From Eledone cirrhosa (Eukaryota), in the NCBI GenBank assembly GCA_964016885.1, contig OZ024747.1, forward strand, positions 13,578,001 through 13,642,000: 64,000 bases of DNA, written 5' to 3'. Positions 53,985-64,000 of this stretch are shown here, piece by piece; position 1 is the first letter of the stretch, and each line of letters opens with the position of its first letter. The position numbers and the translations under genes were made by a program. The notes below the pieces were generated by a model. That model ran no database searches and was not told where the DNA came from. It was given only the letters and a program-made list of their open reading frames with translations.

Positions 53985-54960
53985 AGTTGTGGTGGTGGTG
54001 GTGGTGATGGTGGTGGTGGTGGTGGTGGTAATGATGTGGTGGTGGTGGTGGTGGTGATGGTGGTGGTGGTGGTGGTGGTGATGGTGGTGGTGGTGGTGGT
54101 GGTGGTGGTGGTAATGATGTAGCGGTGGTGGCGGTGGTGGTCGTGGTGGTGGTGTGGTGGTGGTGGTGGTGGTGGTGGTAATGATGTGGCAGTGGTGGCG
54201 GTGGTGGTGGTGATGGTAGTGGTGGTGGTGGTGGTGGTAATGATGTGGCGGTGGTGGTGGTGGTGATGGTAGTGGTGGTGGTGGTGGTGATGGTAGTGGT
54301 GGTGGTGGTAATGATGTGGTGGTGGTGGTGGTGGTGGTGGTGGCAGTGGCAGTGGTTGTGGCGGTTGTAGTGGTGGTTTTGGCGGCGGTGGTAGTAGTGG
54401 TTGTGGTGATGGTGGTCGCGGTGGCGGTGATGGTGGTGGTGGTCGTGGTGGTGGCAGTGGTTGTGGCGGTGGTGGTGGTGGTGGTAGTGGCGGTGGCAGT
54501 GGTGGTAATGATGGTGGTGGTGGCGGTGGCAGTGGTGCTAGTGGTGGGGTGGTGGTGGTTGTGGTGGGATGGTAGTGGTGGTGGTGGTAATGATGTGGCG
54601 GTGGTGGTGGTGGTGGTTGTGGTGGTAGTGGTAGTTGTGGTGGAGGGTTGTGGTGGTGATGGTGGGGGTAGGGAGGGGTAAGGGTGGTTTTGATGGTGGT
54701 GATAGTGATAGTGGTTGGTACTTGTGGTATTGGTAATGGTAGTGGTGGTGGCGGTAGTTGTGGTGGTAGTGGTGTAAGTGGCAACAGTAGTGATGGAGGT
54801 GGTACTGGTTGTAGAGGTGGTAGCGGTGCTGGTGGTTGTGCTTTGAGTAGTTGTGGTGGTAGTAATTTGGATAATTATTTGTAGTAGTAGTAGTAGTAGT
54901 AGCCACAGCAGTAATAGTAGTAGTAGTAGTAGTAGTAACAGCAGCAGCTGTAGCAGCAAC

Positions 54961-54995
<35 letters not shown>

Positions 54996-55002
54996 CAGCA
55001 AC

Positions 55003-55060
<58 letters not shown>

Positions 55061-55116
55061 ACAGTAGTAGCAGTAGTAGTAGCAGTAGTAGTAGCAGTAG
55101 TAGTAGTAGTAGTAGC

Positions 55117-55162
<46 letters not shown>

Positions 55163-55164
55163 AC

Positions 55165-55196
<32 letters not shown>

Positions 55197-55208
55197 CAGT
55201 AGTAGTAA
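53985..55208. repeat. (GGT)n followed by (AGT)n microsatellite tracts
   Basis: Directly visible. Confidence 0.92.
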
Positions 55209-55477
55209 CAAAATGTATTTCCATGGAAGCTGAGCACCATAATTAGAATGGAGCTTAATACTCCTCATAAACAGTTTTGTTATCTAATTCCAGCTCCTGT
55301 TTAAAGCAATTTCCTTTTACTTACATCACAAATACTTCTTGAAAAAAAAAAAAAAGGGTCCCAAAATCTTTCACATACACACACACACCATCATCCTTTC
55401 CTCTTCTCCTATTCTATATCTGAGACCTTGTAGTTATTACATAAGAAATCAATACAGTTTACCTGATATTATTTCCT

Positions 55478-55651
55478 GCAGTATCGGTAGAGGGTCGGAC
55501 GCCATGCTTTCCAGCATAGTTACGTCCCTTTACGATCTGAGTTCAAATCCCGCCGAGGTTGACTTTGCCTTTCATCCTTACGGGGTCGATAAAATAAAGT
55601 ACCAGTAATTCACTGGGTATTTGCTGGCCTTGTGCCTAAAGTAGAAACAAT
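55478..55651 (+). mobile_element. SINE family A (slightly 5'-truncated)
   Basis: Family consensus; attatttcct duplication. Confidence 0.87.
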
Positions 55652-55683
55652 TATTTCCTATCCAGTATTACTTATATATTTAA

Positions 55684-55903
55684 CCCTTTAATGTTCCAAA
55701 TGGCCAAAACTGGCCAGAATTATTTACCTCATTCTGTTGAAATTGGCTGTAACTGGTCGCTCAAACTGATGTTAAGGTATTGTTCTCAAAATAAATACTT
55801 TCAAAATCTCATAGATTCGATATTATGTGAGATAATTATGTGAGGTAAAGCCTTTACCATGAAAATATAATAGTATATATAGAGTAATGTGAATGCTAAA
55901 GGG
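55684..55903. mobile_element. piggyBac-type MITE
   Basis: TTAA|CCCTTTA...TGCTAAAGGG|TTAA; homologous to 59670-59890 and 61939-62351 in the opposite orientation. Confidence 0.8.
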
Positions 55904-57151
55904 TTAAAGATGATATTTTCTCACCTTCTGTCTTCATATTCCAGGTGTTTTACCTATTCTTGTAAATTACCTATCAAAAGAAAATGGAATGGAATTGTAT
56001 TAAGACTTATATATTCTACAGTGACCCCAGATATATGTTCCACCCTCCACACTATGCTGGGCTGTTGTGGTTTGGAAGAATCTGGAAATATCTATGGAAT
56101 AATGAGTCACAGGTGTGTGTCTGTGTTTGTATGTATGTGTTTGTGTGTGTATGTGGTGTGTATGTGTGTGTGGTTGTATGTATGTGTTTGCGTGTGTATG
56201 TCTGTGTATGTGTGTGTGTGTGTTTGTGTGTATGTATGTGTGTATGTGGGTGTTTGTGTGTGAGTGAGTGTGTATGTGTGTGGGTGTGTGTACATGTATG
56301 GGTGTGCATGTGGGTGAGTGTGTTTGTGAGTGTGTGTATATGTGTGTGTATAGGTGTGTGTATGTGTGCATGTGGATATGTATTTGTGTGTGTATGTGCG
56401 TGTTTGTGTGTGTGGGTGCGTTTGTGTGTATGTGTGTGTGTGTGTGTGGTTCGGTGTCAGGCTGTGTGTGTACATATGTGTGTGAGTGTGTGTGCGTGCG
56501 TGCGTGAGTGTATGTATTTGTTTGTGAGTATATATGCGTGTGTGTGTGTGTGTGTATGTATGTGTGCATGTGAGTGTGAGTGTATGTATGTGTGTGTGTC
56601 TTTTACACTCAATTACATCAGGATTAAATTATTAGGAAGCACAAGTCTCACTTTTATATATTCAGCAATTTTATTTGCTAACTGTTTCAGCTGTTCTGTA
56701 AATGGAATGGTGTAATGGAGTGAAATCAACATCATCATCATCATCATCTTCACCATCATCATCATCATCATCATCATCTTCACCATCAGCATCATCATCA
56801 TCATCTTCACCATCAGCATCATCATCATCATCATCATCATCATTACCACCACCATCATCATCATCATCATCATCATTATCACCCTCTCATCACCCCCATC
56901 ATCATCATCATTATCATCATCATCACCCTCATCATTATCACCATCTCATCACCCCCATCATCATCATCATTATCATCATCATCACCCTCATCATTATCAC
57001 CATCTCATCACCACCATCATCATCATCATTATCATCATCATCACCCTCATCATTATCACCATCTCATCACCACCATCATCATCATCATCATCATCATTAT
57101 ACCCATATTATCACCCTCATCATCATCATCATTATCATCATCATCGTCTTC

Positions 57152-57183
<32 letters not shown>

Positions 57184-57544
57184 CATCATCATTATTGCTT
57201 AACATCTAGTTTCCCGGGGCTAGCAGGGGTTGGACAGGTTGTCATCAAACCAGGTCGATACTTAGGTACTTAAACTGAGTTATTGACCCCCCACAGATGG
57301 GCCAGGGGTCTGCATCTCGCTTACATGGGTGTTTGCTCACTCTATTGAATTCTCATACAGGCCAGCACTTTGTAGCACGCTTACATATGATCCTGTGCAT
57401 GACTGATTGCATTTTACTGTGGCACCAGCACTAGAGAGGTTGTCATGTCAGTGACACATCTCCTGAGTCCTCATCACCCTTTGTTTGGAAGTTTGGAAGC
57501 TGGATGCCCCTCCTATCACAAATTCAGTGTAAAAAAAAAATAAA

Positions 57545-57885
57545 TAGATGTGAATAAAAGCAGTCAAAATGGGGTTCTTCTGAAGGGTCTTTGGTATAAA
57601 GTTTCTCGATAGAGTGCGTAGCTCAGAGATCAGAGAATCACTCCAGGTAGAACTGTTACTTCTTTGAATTGAGATATCACAGCTCCAATATTACGACCAT
57701 GTAGTTTGAATGTCTCAGGAAAGAATCGCTAGGCAGATTTTGGGGGCGAAACCAACCAGCAGGAGACCTAGAGGTAGGCTCTGAGCAAGATGGTTGGATA
57801 ACATCCATGAGTTTGGTTGGTCTCGCTTAAGGATCCAGCCGGATCATTTGGAGATGGTTGCTTCTGACAGGACCCACTGGAAGGA
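57545..57885 (+). pseudogene. Decayed RTE-group LINE C-terminal fragment
   Basis: ERIARQILGAKPTSRRPRGR..RWLDNI...GWSRLRI.......VASDR..WK. Confidence 0.6.
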
Positions 57886-58106
57886 GTTGATTTATTTAAT
57901 TGCTTAGTCAGTTTGCATGACATGGCTGTTTTCAGGGCCTCTGAGAATGGTAGGAGGAGATGTGTTCAAATTGGAGACCTGGCCACACCAAATGCTGGTA
58001 ACAAAGTGAACTTCACTAAGGCCACTCCCAACCTCAAATGACGAGGAGAAGTGTTACACCAGGAAAGTTTAAGTCTGCCACCTGATTACAAAAAAACTGT
58101 TAAAAA

Positions 58107-58298
58107 TAACTGTTTCTACTTTTGGCACAAGGCCAGCAATTATCCCAGTGCATTACTGGTACTTTATTTTATCGACCCTGTAAGGATGAAAGGCAAAGTT
58201 AACCTCGGCGGGATTTGAACTCAGATCATAAAGGGGCATAACTCTATGCGTCAAAGCATGGCATCCGACCCTCTACTGATACTGCCAATCCACCGCCC
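58107..58298 (-). mobile_element. SINE family A with TSD
   Basis: TSD ctgttaaaaataac. Confidence 0.9.
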
Positions 58299-58612
58299 TG
58301 TTAAAAATAACACAAAGCATTTTTGATCAATAGTTGGATATTCTGAGAACTACCATGTGTTTGTTACCATCGAGGAATGTCTAAGTCTTCTTGTTTAATT
58401 TTTTGCAATAAACTACTGGTATGATAACCAGTTTTTGTCTGAATGCTATTATGTATCATCATCACCATCACCACCACCATCATCATCATCATCATCATCA
58501 CCACCACCTTCACCATCATCACCATCATCACCACCATCGTCATCATCATCACCATCACCATCACCACCACCATCACCATCATCATCATCACCACCACCAT
58601 CACCATCATCAC

Positions 58613-58661
<49 letters not shown>

Positions 58662-58936
58662 GCCATCACTGTTACATCTATTTTCCATGCTTGTTAGATG
58701 AGATGTCATATTCTATGACAAGACAAGTTAGATACTATCTCGCTCATACTTTCCATTCTGGTATAGTTTCTAAGGCAAGATGTCCTTCCTAATGCCAATA
58801 ACTTCATGCCATGTACTGGCTGTGTTGAGCTCTAACCATAACCTTATCTCTAACCCTATACTGAACCACAGACTTTATAAAATCTGTATTTGAAAGGGTT
58901 AAGATTGTCTAATTCTTATTATTATCCATCCACATA

Positions 58937-59155
58937 GGGCGGTGGATTGGCAGTATCGGTAGAGGGTCGGACACCATGCTTTGCAGCATAGAGTTACGGC
59001 CCTTTATGATTTGAGTTCAAATCCCGCCGAGGTTAACTTAGCCTTTTATCCTTACGGGGTTGATAAAATAAAGTACCAGTCACGCACTGGGGTCGATTTA
59101 ATCGACTTTCCCCTCCCCCAAAATTGCTGGCCTTGTGCCTATATAAGAAATCATT
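58937..59155 (+). mobile_element. SINE family A, long variant
   Basis: Family consensus; flanked by ttattatccat(c/g)cacat duplication. Confidence 0.88.
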
Positions 59156-59669
59156 ATTATCCATGCACATTCTTCTTGGTTTTCCTCTTTCTCTCTTTCC
59201 ATTCATTTTATTTTCTGTCAATAGACTCTGTAAACAATTTTCTCTAATTAAGTGTCCAAATATATTTTAGTTTTCTCTTTTTGCTTATCTAATAAAATGG
59301 TTACTTTTTTTAGCCAACACTTATTTAACAGACAATTATAAACATTGTCTTTATAAACAGTATCTTAATAGGCCGAAAAAAAAGGGATCTGTCGAACTAG
59401 TTTCTAACCTATGTAGGATTTTATCAGTGATTAAGTAACCCCATTAACTGACCATCCTGACTACTGAGACACTTGTTATAAACCCACTGTTACTACCAAC
59501 TTAAATAAATCAGACTGATTTGGATACTATAATGCATTCTTGGCAGCTAGTTTGATTAATCCAGCTCTGGGATGATCCTTCTTCTTCTGTCAAGAATAAT
59601 AATGTATATAAAAACCAGGGCTGACATTACTATTAAGACTAATTAAGTAGCTACCTTACTGAACCTTAA

Positions 59670-59890
59670 CCCTTTAGCATTTATATTACACTATATATAC
59701 TATTGTATTTTCACAGTAAAGGCTTTATCGTACATAATTATCTCACATAATATCAAATCTACGAGATTTTGCTGTTATTTATTCTGAGAACAATACCTTA
59801 ATGTCAGTATGAGCAGCACATTATCATTGGTTTGAACAGAAAGATGTGACAGAATTCTGGTCAGATACAGCTGGTTTAAATGCTATAGGG
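59670..59890. mobile_element. piggyBac-type MITE
   Basis: TTAA|CCCTTTAGCATTTA...TAAATGCTATAGGG|TTAA. Confidence 0.83.
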
Positions 59891-60809
59891 TTAAGGGATC
59901 AAAGTGGTCGTGGAAGTGCCACGGCAAAAAAGCACCCAGCCCACACTGTAAAGTGGACGTGTAGGCGCCACTGAAAAAAAAGCACCCAGCATTCACTGTA
60001 AATGAGGTTGGTGTTAGGAAGGGCATCCAGCTGTAGAAATCAAGCCAGAATCAGTTCTCGTATGAGCAAGACAAGGTCAGCTGACCGGACACTGCCCAAA
60101 ACAGGACAACCTGTCTAACCCATGGTAGCATGGAAGAACAGACGTAAAACGGTGATGATGAATTAAATAAAATATATACTAATTTCCTGGGATCAATAAA
60201 TAAATTTTTTAAACATATTTGCCATGTAGCAGCATTGTGGAAATATCCAAAGTGGTGAAGCAAGTCATGTGGTGTCATGACCTGTTACATGATTTTGCAT
60301 TGGTGAGTATGGAATGTGTAGTGGGAAATGCAGGTTTGGTAATTCTTTTGTGTGGCCAGAGCAAGAAGTGTCAAAAACTAGGTCTATCAGCTTATCAAAC
60401 TGTAAGTTGAAATTGTTTTATTTGAGAGAATAAGACACATAACTGGAAAACTGTGGTGTACATTGTAGAGCAAGCCTAGGACACTAAATACTTAGACATT
60501 GGATCTAATAGAAAAATGTTTGCATACAGTATTGGTTAAAATGTATAAATATACTCTGTGACACATAATACTATTAAGTTTTGCATTGACTATTTCTTAA
60601 GCTATCAATAATCCTTTGGATTTATAGAAATAATTGTCAATGCTTTACTCAGATCATATTATGGCCATTTGGTGCTGACATTTACAATAATAGTAAACTA
60701 TAGAAATGTCTGTGCTTCTTAAGACACGTCTGTCATCTTTCATTGTCTTCTATTTCAGATGATAAATTTAGTGTGGATGATGATGATAGTGTAAGTAATG
60801 ATGACGATG

Positions 60810-60842
<33 letters not shown>

Positions 60843-61938
60843 GCGATAGTGATGATGATGATGGTGATTGTGATAGTAATGATGATGATGGTGGTGGTGG
60901 TGGTGGTGGTGATTGTGATTGTAATGACAATGATGACAATGATGACAATGATGACAATGATAACAATGATGAATGACAATGATGGTGATGACAATAATGA
61001 TGGTGATGATGATGGTGATGACAATACTGATGATGAAGACAACAATAATGACAATGATGTTAATGATGATGATGATGATGATGATCGTGACGATGGTAAC
61101 GATGAAGATGGTGATTATAGTGGTGATGATAGTAATTAATCAATGTTCTTGCTGGTCTTTAGATTCATGTCAGTCGTGACTGAACAGGACTTGGTTAAAA
61201 AAGATGTAGCCATGACAATTCTACAGTTCCAATCATTCTCTTAAGTCTTGTGTATCGAAGACTACATTATTTAACATGTCCATTCCTTTTGAAGACAAGA
61301 AAGGGACCGTGTCTGCTTTTTTGTTTTTGTTGTTATACACAGTGAATGGGGGAAATTATTTATATTTATTGTGTATTTTCTCTAAGACATTAAGGTAAGG
61401 TCTAAAAATCTGTAATAGAAGTATGTATATCTAATTAAATGGGTTAGGGTTAGTTTAACTTTCATCAAGCTGGTTTATTTAACTCTAGTTTGGAATGTAT
61501 GTACGTAGATGTGTGTGTCAGAATGAGTATCCTCCACCTCCATCTATCTTACTCTCCACTTCTTGGTCCCAGATGACAGGATGGAGAATATGTTAGCCTG
61601 GGGGATGGCATGAAAGACACAGTGGGACAGCCACACCACCTAGCGGGGCTTACACCTGTGAACAACCAACCTTGCTCTGATAGCCATCAGCAATGTTGTG
61701 GTTCTGGGGTCAAGAATGCTGGATGTCTTAACTGCTACAGGCTCTACCACAAGCCTATCAGAGAGTGGTCAATACTTGGACAGTTTGCCCTCTTCGGCCT
61801 GGGATGTAGCAAAGCCTGGGCTGATAGCTGAACACACCAGTTTGCCACTAGAGAAGGTGTCACATCATAAGGTCTATTAACTATTGATGGAGTCATCAGA
61901 GAACTGGCCTGACACTCAGTATTTCTTGGGCATTTTAA

Positions 61939-62351
61939 CCCTTTAGCATTTACATTACTTTACTATTATATTTTCATAGTAAAGGCTTTATCTCACATAA
62001 TATGGAATCAATGAGATTTTGATGATGTTATTTTATATTTTGAGAACAATACATTAATTGTTTCTATTTTAGGCACAAGGCCAGCAATTACCCAGTACAT
62101 TACTGGTACTTTATTTTATCGACCCCGTAAGGATGAAAGGCAAAGTCAACCTCGGCGGGATTTGAACTCAGATCGTAAAGGGATGTAACTATGCTGGAAA
62201 GCATGGCGTCCGACCCTCTACCGATACTGCCAATCCACCACCGGTTGAGAACAATACATTAATGTCAGTATGAATGGCCAGTTATGGCCAGTTTGAACAG
62301 GAAGTGGTGAGAGAATTCTGGCTGGATATGGCCGGTTTAAATTTTAAAGGG
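61939..62351. mobile_element. piggyBac-type MITE with nested SINE A (62056-62243)
   Basis: TTAA/CCC...GGG/TTAA termini; SINE TSD ttgagaacaatacattaat at 62040-62058 and 62245-62263. Confidence 0.85.
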
Positions 62352-62639
62352 TTAAACCTGGTAGAGCTTATCCCTCTTCAGATCAGAACATAGCTGACTT
62401 CTTCCAGAGAATACATAGAAAGAATTGACCCAAGTATTGAACTGGTATTTTATTTATTGATCTCAAAAGGATGAAAGGCAAAGTTGACTTCAGCAGGATT
62501 TGAACTCAGATTAGGGAGAGCCAAAACAAATGCTGAGGCATTTTTAATCCAATGCCATAACAATTCTACCATTTCACTGGTAAGACAGTTGAGTTGGATC
62601 TATTTTAACATGTTACATAACCATGTAAAGATTCTTTGG

Positions 62640-63414
62640 TGAGTAGTAGTAGTAGTAGTAGTACTAGTAGTGGTAATGGTGGTGGTGGTGGTGGTGGTGT
62701 GTAATGGAAGTAGTTGTGGTGGTGGTGTAATGACAGTGTTGGTGGTAGTGATGGTGGTGGTGTAATGGCAGTGTTGGTGGTGGTGTAATGGCAGTATCAG
62801 TGGTGGTGGTGTGTAATGGAAGTGGTGGTGGTGTAATGACAGTGTTGGTGGTAGTGATGGTGGTGGTGTAATGGCAGTGTTGGTGGTGGTGTAATGGCAG
62901 TATCGGTGGTGGTGGTGTGTAATGGAAGTGGTGGTGGTGTAATGACAGTGTTGGTGGTAGTGATGGTGGTGGTGTTGTAATTGAAGTGGTGGTGGTGGTG
63001 GTGTAATGGCAGTGTTGGTGGTAGTGATGGTGATGGTGTAATGGCAGTATTGGTGGTGTTGGTGGTGGTGTTGTAATGGAAGTGGTGGTGGTGATGGTGT
63101 AATGGCAGTATTGGTGGTGGTGGTGGTGGTGTAATGGAAGTGGTGGTGGTGATGGTGTAATGGCAGTATTGGTGGTGGTGGTGGTGGTGTAATGGAAGTG
63201 GTGGTGGTGATGGTGTAAAGGCAGTGGTGGTGGAAATAATAATGTTTGTTTACTAAACTATTGGATTTTACAAAGTGATAATTATTTTGAAAGTATTTCG
63301 TTGTCGGAAGAAGGTTTAAGTGGGGGGGTGGTCTGATGTTGTTGTTGTTACTGTTACTGTTGTTGTTGTTACTGTTGTTATTGTTACTGTTGTTGTTACT
63401 GTTGTTATTGTTAC

Positions 63415-63478
<64 letters not shown>

Positions 63479-64000
63479 GCTGTTGTTGTTGTTACTGTTG
63501 TTGTTGTTACTGTTGTTATTGTTTCTGTTGTTGTTGTTACTGTTGTTATTGTTACTGTTGTTGTTATTGTTGTTGTTGTTACTGTTGTTGTTACTCTTGT
63601 TGTTATTGTTGTTGTTGTTATTGTTGTTACTGTTGTTGTTATTGTTGTTATTGTTATTGTTATTGTTATTGTTGTTGTTGTTGTTGTTATTGTTGTTGTT
63701 ATTGTTATTGTTGCTTTTGTTGTAGCTTTTACTATTGCTGATGCTGTTATTGTTGTTGTTGTTATGGCTGATATTATTGTTGTTGTTATTGTTGTTATTA
63801 TTGTTGTTGCTGTGACCAGTGTTATTATTGTTATTGTTGTGGCCAGTTTTCTCATTGCTACTGTTGTTGTTGTTGTTGTTGTGGCTAGTGTTGTTGTTGT
63901 TGTTATTGTAGTTTCAGTTATCAGTGTTGTTGTTGTCATGGTTAGTGTTGTTGAAGTTGTTATTGTTCATGTCACTATTGTTTTTATTGTCATTTTACTT
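62640..64000. repeat. GGT-rich minisatellite followed by (GTT/ATT/ACT)n tract
   Basis: Directly visible. Confidence 0.9.

Noticed and set aside
61560-61915. GC-richer unique segment after an acceptor-like site
   Set aside because: No recognisable protein or donor site; probably an unclassified TE fragment.

Overview
Eukaryotic, AT-rich, microsatellite-dense animal DNA. The repeat make-up resembles an octopus/cephalopod genome, which is an inference from the SINE/RTE families and (TA)n/(CAT)n density. The only convincing host coding sequence is the terminal exon of an axonemal outer-arm dynein heavy chain (658-941, +). The rest is transposon relics and simple or minisatellite repeats: two tRNA-derived SINE families, RTE LINE fragments with a PHD-like finger in ORF2, CRE/R2/R4/CR1 fragments, piggyBac- and Tc1-type MITEs, and a Penelope-like element with a GIY-YIG domain. 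Almost all long ORFs in the track are simple-repeat artefacts. The main hidden signal is RNA structure. I find eight type I hammerhead ribozyme motifs with complete catalytic cores plus several degenerate or half motifs. They have palindromic stem III, belong to several unrelated Penelope-like families, sit in (TA)n tracts and are repeatedly built into fold-back (inverted) structures. These include a 374-bp palindrome carrying two opposed hammerheads and a multi-copy hairpin element that looks like a duplicated 3' half-hammerhead. A chimeric full-length 5S rRNA-polyA-SINE retrocopy with a 19-bp TSD is also present. All structures were read by eye, with no folding or database search.
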